From Chthonomonadales bacterium (lineage in GTDB: Bacteria; Armatimonadota; Chthonomonadetes; Chthonomonadales; CAJBBX01), in the NCBI GenBank assembly GCA_037443035.1, contig JBBIPC010000004.1:89602-153601 (forward strand): a DNA stretch of 64,000 nt, given 5' to 3'. This document shows positions 32,062 through 41,506 of this stretch, piece after piece. The notes under the pieces are model-generated. The model was not told the origin of the DNA. It did no database searches and saw only the letters and a list, made by a program, of their open reading frames with translations. Every line of letters begins with the position of its first letter. The stretch's first letter is position 1. A program made the position numbers and the translations under genes.

Positions 32062-34045
32062 TCAGAACGGCTCGGTACGAATCGGAGTCTACGTCTGCCA
32101 CTGCGGGTTCAACATCGCGTCGGTGATTGACGTGGAGGCGGTAGCGCAGTTCGCGCTGACTTTGCCTGGAGTGGTAGTTGCCCGCGACTACAAGTACATG
32201 TGCTCCGAACCAGGCCAGACGCTCATCGAAGACGACATCAAGGAGCACAACCTCAACCGGATCGTCGTGGCAGCATGTTCACCGCTGCTTCACGAAGAGA
32301 CGTTCCGGACCGCGGCCGAAAGAGCCGGCATCAATCGGTTCCACGTTCAGATGGTGAATTTGCGTGAGCACGGAGCCTGGGTGCACGACGACCGGGCTGC
32401 CGCCACAGCGAAGGCCAAGGACCTTGTCCACGGGGCCGTCTTGCGTGTGCACTACCACAAGCCCCTACAGCCAAAGCGAGTACCCATCAACAAGGCGGTA
32501 CTCGTGGTCGGTGGAGGCATCGCCGGCATCCACGCAGCGATTACTGTGGCGAACTCGGGCAAACCGGTCTATCTCGTGGAGCGAGAGCCGACGATTGGCG
32601 GCAATATGGCCAAGTATGACAAGACCTTCCCGACGCTCGACTGCGCGGCCTGCATTCTGACCCCGAAAATGAACGCCGTCCGGTCTCACCCGAACATCAC
32701 CATGTGGACCTATTCCGAGGTGGTGCAAGTGGACGGTTATGTCGGAAACTACAAGGTAAAGGTGCGGCGCAAGCCACGCTACGTGCGGGAGGACCTGTGC
32801 GTGGGATGCCTCCATTGTGTGGACGCTTGCGTCTTCAAGGATCCCAAGTTTCCCGATACGTTCAACATCGGCATGAACAAGCGCAAGCCCATCTACCTTC
32901 CGTTCGCACAGGCTACACCGAAGGTAGTCGTCATTGATCCAGAGGCATGCATCCAACTGAAGACAGGAAAATGCAAGCAGGCATGTGCCGCGGCTTGCGA
33001 GCGTGGCGGCATCAACTTCGACATGCAGGAAGAGATCCAGGAGATCGAGGTTGGCGCTATTATCGTCGCCACGGGCTTCCAACCATTCGATGCCACGCGA
33101 GCACCGGAATATGGCTACGGCGTGTATCCCAATGTTTATACCTCCATGGAGATCGAGCGCTTGGTGAACGCCAGCGGCCCCACGGGAGGCGAAGTGGTTC
33201 TCCGAGACGGAACGAGGCCGAAGTCTATCGGTGTGGTCTACTGCGTCGGCTCCCGTGATGAGCGATACAACCGATGGTGCTCCCGTGTGTGCTGCATGAC
33301 AGCGCTGAAACTGTCCCATCTGCTCAAGGAGCACACCGGTGCCGAAATCTACAACTTCTACATTGACATGCGCGCCGCAGGCAAGGGCTACGAGGAGTTC
33401 TACCAGCGGATCCTGAACGAGAGAGTTCACTTCATCCGGGGCAAGGTCGCCGAGGTTTGCGACTGGGCTCTGGACCCATCCGAAGAGGGCAAGCTCGTCA
33501 TCCGCGTCGAGGACACGCTCACTGGCTACGTTCGGCGAATCCCCGTTGACATGGTCGTGCTCGCTGTGGGGTTGGAGCCTCGCGCCGATGCGCAGGAAGT
33601 ACGGCGTATCATGAACATGAGCTGCTCTTCGGAAGGATTCTTCCTCGAAAAGCACCCGAAACTGGCACCGGCGCCGACCTATACCGATGGCGTCTTCATC
33701 GCCGGTTGCTGCCAGGGTCCCAAAGACATTCCCGATACAGTCATGCAGGCTGGGTACGCCGCGGCCGAAGCCATGGCCCTCGCGGACACGGGCTTCTTCG
33801 AGATCGAGCCCAATACGGCGCATATCGTGGAAGAGGAATGCTCGGGGTGCAAGTCGTGTGTAGACCTCTGTGCCTACAAGGCCATCAGCTTCAATGAAGT
33901 GAAGCACAAGGCAGAGATCAACCCCGTGCTGTGCAAGGGTTGCGGCGTATGCGTAGCCTCGTGTCCATCCGGTTCCATTCGTCAGGACCTCTTCGAGGAT
34001 GAAGAGATCTTCAGTGAGATAGAAGGGGTGCTGGCGACAGTCTAG
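32054..34045 (+). CDS. hdrA: Heterodisulfide reductase subunit A (FAD, Fe-S)
   Basis: IGVYVCHCGFNI, VVGGGIAG, DKTFPTLDCAACIL, CVGSRD..CSRVCC, C-terminal ferredoxin. Confidence 0.95.
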   Translation: MPSQNGSVRIGVYVCHCGFNIASVIDVEAVAQFALTLPGVVVARDYKYMCSEPGQTLIEDDIKEHNLNRIVVAACSPLLHEETFRTAAERAGINRFHVQMVNLREHGAWVHDDRAAATAKAKDLVHGAVLRVHYHKPLQPKRVPINKAVLVVGGGIAGIHAAITVANSGKPVYLVEREPTIGGNMAKYDKTFPTLDCAACILTPKMNAVRSHPNITMWTYSEVVQVDGYVGNYKVKVRRKPRYVREDLCVGCLHCVDACVFKDPKFPDTFNIGMNKRKPIYLPFAQATPKVVVIDPEACIQLKTGKCKQACAAACERGGINFDMQEEIQEIEVGAIIVATGFQPFDATRAPEYGYGVYPNVYTSMEIERLVNASGPTGGEVVLRDGTRPKSIGVVYCVGSRDERYNRWCSRVCCMTALKLSHLLKEHTGAEIYNFYIDMRAAGKGYEEFYQRILNERVHFIRGKVAEVCDWALDPSEEGKLVIRVEDTLTGYVRRIPVDMVVLAVGLEPRADAQEVRRIMNMSCSSEGFFLEKHPKLAPAPTYTDGVFIAGCCQGPKDIPDTVMQAGYAAAEAMALADTGFFEIEPNTAHIVEEECSGCKSCVDLCAYKAISFNEVKHKAEINPVLCKGCGVCVASCPSGSIRQDLFEDEEIFSEIEGVLATV

Positions 34046-34069
34046 GGTCGTCAGAAAGGGGGTGTGATT

Positions 34070-34606
34070 ATGGAGAAAAGCTTGATGACGGGCAGTAGCG
34101 GCGGCGCCAGTAGTTGGGAGCCCAGGATCGTCGCCTTTTTCTGCAATTGGTGCACCTACACGGCCGCTGACCTAGCCGGGGTCAGCCGCATGAGATATGC
34201 GCCCAATGTCCGCGTCATCCGAGTGATGTGTTCGGGCCGTGTCGACCCGCAGTTCGTGCTGGATGCCTTCGCGCAAGGAGCGGATGGAGTGTTGATCGGC
34301 GGCTGCCATCCTGGTGACTGTCACTACGTCGAAGGCAACTACAAGGCGCTGCGCAGGGTGGAGTTCCTCTACCGCCTTCTGGAGGACCTGGGCATCGAGA
34401 AAGACCGCCTATCCCTAGTGTGGATTTCGGCATCGGAAGGTGACCGCGTGCGCGTCGCTGTCAACGAGCTTACCGAGCGCGTGCGAGAGCTCGGTCCACT
34501 CAACCTTCGCCACCGCTACGAAGAACTCGACCGCGAAGTGGAGATCCACGACCGGCACAGTCGAACTCCCGTCCGACCGAGCGAGGAGGTGGCCACCCAT
34601 GTCTGA
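34070..34606 (+). CDS. mvhD: Hydrogenase iron-sulfur subunit MvhD
   Basis: FFCNWCTYTAAD, RVMCSGRVDP, GCHPGDCHY, WISASEG. Confidence 0.93.
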   Translation: MEKSLMTGSSGGASSWEPRIVAFFCNWCTYTAADLAGVSRMRYAPNVRVIRVMCSGRVDPQFVLDAFAQGADGVLIGGCHPGDCHYVEGNYKALRRVEFLYRLLEDLGIEKDRLSLVWISASEGDRVRVAVNELTERVRELGPLNLRHRYEELDREVEIHDRHSRTPVRPSEEVATHV

Positions 34607-35591
34607 CAAGCCAAGGATCGGCTTCTACTGGTGCGGTTCCTGTGGTGGTTGCGAGGAGTCCGTCGTGGACCTGGCCATGGATCTCGTTCCGGTGTTGGAA
34701 GCCGTGGACATCGTCTTCTTTCCCGTGGCCATGGACTTCAAGCGCGAGGACGTCGAGGCCATGCCGGACGGAAATATGGCAGCCTGCATGATCAATGGCT
34801 GCATCCGTACGTCCGAACAGGAAGAGATGGCCGAACTCCTTCGCCGGAAATCCCAGGTCCTCATCGCCTACGGGGCATGTGCAACGATGGGCGGAATTCC
34901 GGGTCTAGCCAACCAGTTCACCCGCGAGGACATCTTGAAGTTCGTGTACGAGCAGTCGCCGTCCACCTCCAATGAGCAAGGGGTACGCCCAAAAACACGG
35001 CATGATGAGAACGGTCTCCAACTCATGCTGCCAGCTCTTCGCGAGAAAGTTCGCTCCCTTGACCAGGTGGTGGATGTGGATTACTACATTCCAGGGTGTC
35101 CTCCGACGCCCGACTTGCTCAAGGGCGCTGTCATGGCGCTCCTCGAAGGAAAGTTGCCGGAGAAGGGCACCGTCCTGGCGCCGGATGTCGCACTCTGCGA
35201 GTCATGTCCGCGTCGAGACACCAAGCCTGCAGACCTGAAGTACGTCGCCTTCCATCGCCCCCATCTCACGCAGATGGACCCCGCGAAGTGTTTCCTCGCT
35301 CAGGGCATCGTCTGCATGGGGCCCGCCACCCGGTCGGGGTGCGGCGCGCAATGCATCGGCGGTAACATGCCGTGCTCGGGCTGCTTCGGACCGACATCGC
35401 GCGTTCGCGACCAGGGCGCCAAGATGCTATCCCATCTTGCGGCCTCGACTGCTGCCTCCACTCCCGAGGAAGCACGCAAGATACTGGCGGACATTCCCGA
35501 CCCCGTGGGAACGCTCTACCGCTACGGTCTCGCACACTCCCTGCTGCGGGGGACGCCGCCAGCGACAACAAACGGAGGGAGATCCGCATGA
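34599..35591 (+). CDS. mvhG: [NiFe] hydrogenase group 3c small subunit
   Basis: WCGSCGGCE, YGACATMGGIPG, IPGCPP, CMGPATRSGC..C..PCSGCFGP; GAGGAGG SD. Confidence 0.9.
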   Translation: MSDKPRIGFYWCGSCGGCEESVVDLAMDLVPVLEAVDIVFFPVAMDFKREDVEAMPDGNMAACMINGCIRTSEQEEMAELLRRKSQVLIAYGACATMGGIPGLANQFTREDILKFVYEQSPSTSNEQGVRPKTRHDENGLQLMLPALREKVRSLDQVVDVDYYIPGCPPTPDLLKGAVMALLEGKLPEKGTVLAPDVALCESCPRRDTKPADLKYVAFHRPHLTQMDPAKCFLAQGIVCMGPATRSGCGAQCIGGNMPCSGCFGPTSRVRDQGAKMLSHLAASTAASTPEEARKILADIPDPVGTLYRYGLAHSLLRGTPPATTNGGRSA

Positions 35592-37096
35592 GTGCTGTTG
35601 TCAACGAACCTGCGACGACTGCAGGCAGTCAGCAAACGCGACGCCATGTCGTCGTGGACCCCATCACTCGCCTCGAAGGCCATGGAAAGATAGATATCTT
35701 CCTCGATGAGTCGGGCAATGTCGAGCGAGCTTTCCTGCAGATCCCGGAGCTGCGGGGTTTCGAGGTCTTCGTCCACGGAAGACCGGTCGAAGAGATGCCC
35801 CAAATCACGAGCCGCATCTGCGGCGTGTGCCCGACCGCCCATCATATGGCCGCGACCAAGGCCCTGGACGACCTGTTCAAGATCGAGCCGACGCCGACGG
35901 CACGGAACATCCGAGAGCTGGTCTACAACGCGTTCATGCTCGAGGACCACGCGCTCCATGTGTACGTGCTAGGCGGTCCAGATTTCATAGTCGGGCCAAC
36001 CGCCGACAAAGCCGCCCGCAACATCGTTGGCGTTCTCAACACCGTGGGGCTGGAGGTGGGAAAGAGGGTCATCGAAGCGCGGCGCAAGCTTCGCGAAGTT
36101 ATCTCCTACTTCGGCGGTAAGGTCATCCATCCGGTCATGGGTCTGCCTGGAGGCGTCTCCAAAGGGTTGGGCGACGACTTCCTACCCGTTCTCAAGCAGA
36201 CTGCCGAAGAGAGTCTGGAGTTCGCCCGATTCACCTTGCAGGTGTTCAAGGATATCGTTCTAGGCAACGAAGAGTACGTGCGACTTATCACATCGGAGGA
36301 TTACACGCACCGCACCTACTACATGGGTCTGGTAGACGAAGCGAACCGAGTCAACTTCTACGACGGCCAGCTCCGGGTCGTCAGCCCCACTGGCCAGGAG
36401 GTGGAGAAGTTCCCTGTACAAGCGTACGCTAGTCACATTGCCGAGCACGTGGAACCGTGGAGCTACATCAAGTTCTGTTATCTCAGGAACATCGGCTGGA
36501 ACGGCTTCCAAGAGGGTGCCGCAAGCGGCGTGTATGCTGTGGCGCCTCTAGCGCGGCTCAACGCGGCTGACGGCATGGCTACCGAGCTTGCGCAGGAGGC
36601 CTACGGGGAGTTCTACGCAACTCTCGGTCCGAAGCCTGTTCATTACACATTGGCCAATCACTGGGCACGGGTCATTGAGATGTTGCAGGCCGCCGAGACC
36701 ATTGTCCGTCTCGCCAACGATCCGGTCACGGCAGGCAAGGATATCCGCAACATCCCGAGCGTCACCCCGTCCGTGGGCTATGGCGTGGTTGAAGCGCCTA
36801 GGGGCACGCTGATTCACCATTATGAGACCGACGAGAATGGTCTGGTGCGGGAAGCCAATCTCATCGTCGCGACGCAGAATAACGCAGCACGCATTGCCAT
36901 GAGTGTGGAGAAGGCGGCGAGAGGTCTCATCCATGACGGCGAGATCAACGACGGCCTACTGAACATGGTAGAGATGGCTTTCCGAGCCTACGATCCATGC
37001 CACGGTTGCGCCACGCATTCGCTGCCCGGCCAGATGCCCCTTGTAGCTCGGGTCATGACTCGTTCCGGTGAGGTGATTCGCGAGATCGTCTCGTGA
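35588..37096 (+). CDS. mvhA: [NiFe] hydrogenase group 3c large subunit
   Basis: DPITRLEGHGKI, L1 RICGVC, EAPRGTLIHHY, L2 DPCHGCATH followed by a cleavable tail. Confidence 0.93.
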   Translation: MSAVVNEPATTAGSQQTRRHVVVDPITRLEGHGKIDIFLDESGNVERAFLQIPELRGFEVFVHGRPVEEMPQITSRICGVCPTAHHMAATKALDDLFKIEPTPTARNIRELVYNAFMLEDHALHVYVLGGPDFIVGPTADKAARNIVGVLNTVGLEVGKRVIEARRKLREVISYFGGKVIHPVMGLPGGVSKGLGDDFLPVLKQTAEESLEFARFTLQVFKDIVLGNEEYVRLITSEDYTHRTYYMGLVDEANRVNFYDGQLRVVSPTGQEVEKFPVQAYASHIAEHVEPWSYIKFCYLRNIGWNGFQEGAASGVYAVAPLARLNAADGMATELAQEAYGEFYATLGPKPVHYTLANHWARVIEMLQAAETIVRLANDPVTAGKDIRNIPSVTPSVGYGVVEAPRGTLIHHYETDENGLVREANLIVATQNNAARIAMSVEKAARGLIHDGEINDGLLNMVEMAFRAYDPCHGCATHSLPGQMPLVARVMTRSGEVIREIVS

Positions 37097-37587
37097 CCCG
37101 TGTCGAGAAAGTGCTCGTGCTGGCGCTGGGCAACGAGCTGGCTGGCGATGATGCGGTCGGCCTGATCGCCGCCAGGGAGCTGCGAAAGGTGGTGCCAGCC
37201 GAGGTTGATATCATCGAGTCGGGCGAGGCTGGCCTCGCCCTTCTCGACCATTTCTCCGCTTACGACCGCGTCCTCCTGCTCGACGCGGTCGTGGCTCCCG
37301 ATCTCGAACCAGGTCGCGTACTCCACTATCAGATGTCCGAGCTGAGGTCGGTCGCCAACCCCTCACCCCATTACGCAGGTTTGCCCGACGTGCAGCGCGT
37401 CGCCGCGGAGCTCGGCATCCCCTTCCCCAAGGAAGTGCGGACCCTCGCAGTCGCCATCCAGCAACCGGAGCGTGTCAACCATGGTCTCTCAGAGCCAGTG
37501 AGCAACGCAGTACCCAACCTGGTGGCGGAAGCGCTGTCCGTACTGCAAGGATGGACATCCACCGCAGTTGGCGACGGAAGTCCGTAG
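37093..37587 (+). CDS. Hydrogenase maturation endopeptidase
   Basis: LALGNELAGDDAVG, LLLDAV, SPH, LSEPV. Confidence 0.9.
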   Translation: MTRVEKVLVLALGNELAGDDAVGLIAARELRKVVPAEVDIIESGEAGLALLDHFSAYDRVLLLDAVVAPDLEPGRVLHYQMSELRSVANPSPHYAGLPDVQRVAAELGIPFPKEVRTLAVAIQQPERVNHGLSEPVSNAVPNLVAEALSVLQGWTSTAVGDGSP

Positions 37588-37659
37588 CGCGTTCGAACAC
37601 TGTCCTCGTCCCGCGCTGCCGGGGCATCGACAGGTTGGCGAACTGCTGAACCTGGAGCG

Positions 37660-37668
37660 TGCTATAAT
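37660..37668 (+). promoter_or_regulatory. Extended -10 promoter of pruA
   Basis: TG-C-TATAAT about 20 bp upstream of the start codon. Confidence 0.6.
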
Positions 37669-37689
37669 CGGCCTGTGAGGAGAGATACC

Positions 37690-39237
37690 ATGGTGACGCC
37701 CTTTCAGAACGAACCCCTTGTGAGCTTCCAGGAACCTCGCCACCGTCAGGCCATGGAGGAAGCACTATCCTCTGTGGAAGCCGCGCTAGGCAGGGACTAT
37801 CCCCTCGTCATCGGCGGCAAGCGACTGACCACAGCGTCTTGGATCGTCTCCGCCAACCCGGCCGCGCCTGGTCAGGTTGTCGGCCGCGCTGCTCGAGCGG
37901 CCGCAGCCCACGTGGAACAGGCCGTGGAGGCGGCCGAAGCGGCGTTCGCCGACTGGAGCCGAACCGACGCCGAAGCGCGCGCTCGTTGCCTCCTCGAGGC
38001 TGCCACCATCATCAGGCGTCGGGCGTACGAGTTCAGTGCATGGCTCGTCTACGAAGTCAGCAAGTCCTGGGCGGAGGCGTATGCCGACACGGCGGAGCTC
38101 ATAGACTTCCTGGAGTTCTATGCACGAGAGATGCTGCGGCTGGAAGGCGATCACCCCACTGTGCCCTATCCGGGTGAGTGCAACGTGCTCCGCTATGTTC
38201 CGCTCGGAGTCGGCGCCGTCATCCCGCCATGGAACTTCCCCCTTGCTATCATGGGCGGGATGACTGCCGCAGCCATCGTCACAGGGAACACGGTCGTGCT
38301 GAAGCCGGCATCTCAAGCGCCGGTGGTGGCTGCGCTGTTCTGCGAAGTCCTCGAGCAGGCCTCCATCCCCCCGGGGGTCGTGAACTACGTGCCCGGTTCC
38401 GGGGCCGAGATCGGTGATGTTCTTGTGGATCATCCCCGCATCCGCTTCGTGGCTTTCACGGGTTCACGTGACGTAGGCGTACGGATCTTCCAGCGCGCCT
38501 CGCTGGTCCAACCGGGCCAGAAATGGCTGAAGCGCACTATCCTGGAGATGGGCGGTAAGGACGCCATCATCGTGGACGATACTGCGGATCTGGATGCGGC
38601 CGCGGAAGGCATTGTTGCGTCTGCATTCGGATACCAGGGGCAGAAGTGCTCGGCTTGCTCACGCCTGATCGTATTCCGTTCTGTGCAAGACGCGCTACTC
38701 GAAAGGGTCGTTGCCCGAACTCGGACGCTCAAGATCGGCAACCCTGTGTTGCCAGATGTGTTCTTGGGTGCCGTCATCGAAGATGCAGCTCGGCGGAAGA
38801 TTCGCGATTACATAGCTCTTGGAAGAACCGAGGGCAACGTTCTGTACGAAGGCACCGACATGCCGCCCGAGGGTTACTTCGTGCCGCCCACCATTATCGG
38901 TGATGTCTCTCCAACCGCGCGTATCGCTCAGGAGGAGATCTTCGGCCCGGTCCTCGCCGTGATCCCGGTCGAGACGTTCGACGAGGCCCTCGATGTGGCC
39001 AACGGAACGGAGTACGGGCTGACGGGCGCACTCTATTCGCGGGACCGCCGACGGATCGAGCGAGCCCGCCAAGAGTTTCATGTCGGCAACCTCTATTTCA
39101 ACCGCAAGTGTACGGGTGCGCTCGTGGGTGTGCAACCTTTCGGCGGTTTCAATATGAGCGGGACAGACAGCAAGGCTGGCGGGCAGGACTACCTCCAACT
39201 TTTCCTCCAGGCGAAGTCCATCTCCGAGCGTTTCTGA
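37690..39237 (+). CDS. pruA: L-glutamate gamma-semialdehyde (P5C) dehydrogenase
   Basis: PFQNEP, PPWNFPLAI, LEMGGKD, GQKCSACSR, NRKCTGALVGVQPFGGFNMSGTDSKAGG. Confidence 0.92.
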   Translation: MVTPFQNEPLVSFQEPRHRQAMEEALSSVEAALGRDYPLVIGGKRLTTASWIVSANPAAPGQVVGRAARAAAAHVEQAVEAAEAAFADWSRTDAEARARCLLEAATIIRRRAYEFSAWLVYEVSKSWAEAYADTAELIDFLEFYAREMLRLEGDHPTVPYPGECNVLRYVPLGVGAVIPPWNFPLAIMGGMTAAAIVTGNTVVLKPASQAPVVAALFCEVLEQASIPPGVVNYVPGSGAEIGDVLVDHPRIRFVAFTGSRDVGVRIFQRASLVQPGQKWLKRTILEMGGKDAIIVDDTADLDAAAEGIVASAFGYQGQKCSACSRLIVFRSVQDALLERVVARTRTLKIGNPVLPDVFLGAVIEDAARRKIRDYIALGRTEGNVLYEGTDMPPEGYFVPPTIIGDVSPTARIAQEEIFGPVLAVIPVETFDEALDVANGTEYGLTGALYSRDRRRIERARQEFHVGNLYFNRKCTGALVGVQPFGGFNMSGTDSKAGGQDYLQLFLQAKSISERF

Positions 39238-39246
39238 GCTGCTGGC

Positions 39247-40224
39247 ATGCGCGATAGGCCACTCCGGATCGGTATCATCGGTTGCGGCGACTACGGTATG
39301 CGCCACGCGCTGAAGATGCGGGACATCCCAGGCGTCACCGTCGTAGCACTGGCGGACCCGGTGCCGGATTCGGCGCAACGCATTGCCGAAATCCTGGATC
39401 CACCACCGGCCATGGTGACGCGGGATCACCGTGAGCTGCTAGCGGCAGGTCTGGACGCTGTCTGCATTGCCAGCCCCGATGCCTTCCATGTACCACAAAT
39501 ACTCGACTGCTTGAAAGCTGGGCTGCACATCCTCTGCGAGAAGCCGCTCACACCAAGCGTTCAGGAACTCGAGCAGGTCCTCCAGGCGCGCGATGCTGCA
39601 GGCACCATCCTAGCCCTGACGTATCAGAGGCGCTACGATGGCGCCCATCGTGCCATGCGTCGGGAAATCCTCTCAGGTCGCTGGGGCAAGGTGACCGCAG
39701 TCACGATCTACAATGCCGAGGATTGGATCACACCCAACCGAGGCACATGGCGTCACGACCCTGATATCTGCCCGGGAGGCTTCTTCTACGATGCCAGCGG
39801 TCATCAGCTCGACATGGTCTTCTGGGCAACGGGCCTTCGTGGTACGCGAGTGCGTGCATGGACCCGCAACGCCGGTACGCGAGTGCCCATCCGGATCTGG
39901 GGCAACGCGCTCCTCACGGGTGATGTGCCACTGACCTTTCACTTCGTAGGCGACGCCCATGCCTGGAGGGAACAGGTCAACATCCACTGTGAAGGACGCG
40001 ATTTCTGCGTGGAGAACTTCCGCGCCCGATGGTGCGTGGAAGGCAAGCCGGAACCCATAGAACCGGGCGAACCCGGCGACGGCTCGGACGTGGAGTTCAT
40101 CAGGATGATTCGGGATGGAGCCCCCAACCCTGCTCCGCCTGAAGACACACGTGCGGTGATCCGCTTCACCGAAGCCGCACTGCGGTCCGCTGCTCGCGAG
40201 GAGGACGTGACTGTAGCGCCTTGA
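39247..40224 (+). CDS. Gfo/Idh/MocA oxidoreductase
   Basis: IGIIGCG, HILCEKP, GGFFYDASGHQLD. Confidence 0.9.
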   Translation: MRDRPLRIGIIGCGDYGMRHALKMRDIPGVTVVALADPVPDSAQRIAEILDPPPAMVTRDHRELLAAGLDAVCIASPDAFHVPQILDCLKAGLHILCEKPLTPSVQELEQVLQARDAAGTILALTYQRRYDGAHRAMRREILSGRWGKVTAVTIYNAEDWITPNRGTWRHDPDICPGGFFYDASGHQLDMVFWATGLRGTRVRAWTRNAGTRVPIRIWGNALLTGDVPLTFHFVGDAHAWREQVNIHCEGRDFCVENFRARWCVEGKPEPIEPGEPGDGSDVEFIRMIRDGAPNPAPPEDTRAVIRFTEAALRSAAREEDVTVAP

Positions 40225-41506
40225 TCGTCGTGTCGATGGACCTCGCGGCACCGTGCTTCAGCGCCCAATCCAGTGCAAGCGCCACTCTGTCCCGCAGCGG
40301 TGGATGCGTCGCAGCCCAGTAGACCATCCACTTCGGCGGATCTGGATCGGCATAGTCCCGCGTGCTGAAACTCGCCAGCGCTCGTGCCATCGAAAGACCG
40401 TCGCGGCCGGTTTCCAGAGCGTACAGGTCGGCTTCGTGCTCGAACGCCCGCGATATGGCACTGGCGACAGGCATCTGGAGAACGAGCAGCACTTGCAGGA
40501 CCAGCATGAAAAGAGGAACGGACGAAGGGCCGCTGACGCTCGTCACGCTCAGGCGGTCACCATGGCGCCGGACAATGGCCGGGACCAGCCTTGCGAGGAT
40601 CCACAGGATAACGAACATGCCTAGGATGTTCAGCACGACTCCTCTCCACACATGGTTCCGAGCATAGTGCCCGAGCTCGTGGGCAGCGACTGCGATGATC
40701 ATGTCGGGATCCATACTTCTCAACGTCGTGTCCCAGAGGACGATGCGCTTCGTGGGTCCGAGGCCTGATACATAAGCATTCTGCTTCAGTGTGCGTACCG
40801 AGGAGTCCACTACGAGCACTTGCGGACGACGAATGCCTGCCCTCGCAGCGAGGTCCATGAGCCGTGATCGCAGGATAGGATCGTGGAGCGGGACGAACTT
40901 GTTGTACGCCGTGTCCACGACTACCGGGTACACAACCACCATGAGCACGATGATCGGTGCGAGGGCGGTTCCGGTGATCCACCACCATCTACAAGGATAC
41001 CGCTCGATGACTCTGAGGGCGAGAGGCACGGCTGGAGCCCAGACGAGGGTGAACGCCCAGTCTCGTAGCCTGTCTCCAAGCCAGAGGTGCCATGTGATCG
41101 TCGAGAGGCCGTAAGCGCGATCTAGCATCGTCCATGCAAAGGCAGCGGGGATCTGCCACACCGCCATGACGGTCATGAGAGCGAACCATACCGCTGGTCC
41201 CAGGAACCAGACGGAAGCTGACCGCAGTGGGAGAAGCTTTGTGGTACGCTGCGCCAGCCTCGCGTGCACTGCTAGCCAGAGCCCTGACAGATACCATAGA
41301 GTGCTTACGACATGAAGAGCGTACCGGAGCGTGTTGTAGGACCGTATGCGTGCGGTGGCCCGAGGCAGAATCGTGTACGACAGATCATGAGCGATATCAG
41401 ACTGACCTGCAGCTTGTACAGTCAGCAGGATAGCGACGATCGCCAGCCCGACGCCCACCGAGCGTGCTGCAAGGCTCGATACTGTCCCGTGTGGCCGAGG
41501 AATCAC
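40166..41506 (-). CDS. M48 family (Ste24-like) membrane metallopeptidase
   Basis: NAYVSGLGPTKRIVLWDT, HELGH, SRAFEHEAD, THPPLRDRV. Confidence 0.9.
   Translation of the reverse strand: MIPRPHGTVSSLAARSVGVGLAIVAILLTVQAAGQSDIAHDLSYTILPRATARIRSYNTLRYALHVVSTLWYLSGLWLAVHARLAQRTTKLLPLRSASVWFLGPAVWFALMTVMAVWQIPAAFAWTMLDRAYGLSTITWHLWLGDRLRDWAFTLVWAPAVPLALRVIERYPCRWWWITGTALAPIIVLMVVVYPVVVDTAYNKFVPLHDPILRSRLMDLAARAGIRRPQVLVVDSSVRTLKQNAYVSGLGPTKRIVLWDTTLRSMDPDMIIAVAAHELGHYARNHVWRGVVLNILGMFVILWILARLVPAIVRRHGDRLSVTSVSGPSSVPLFMLVLQVLLVLQMPVASAISRAFEHEADLYALETGRDGLSMARALASFSTRDYADPDPPKWMVYWAATHPPLRDRVALALDWALKHGAARSIDTTIKALQSRPPREQRTAVRLR

Noticed and set aside
32465..33907. 480 aa antisense ORF within hdrA
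   Set aside because: In-register antisense shadow of a well-supported gene
40166..40224. 59 bp convergent overlap of the Gfo and M48 genes
   Set aside because: Ordinary tail-to-tail overlap of non-conserved C-termini
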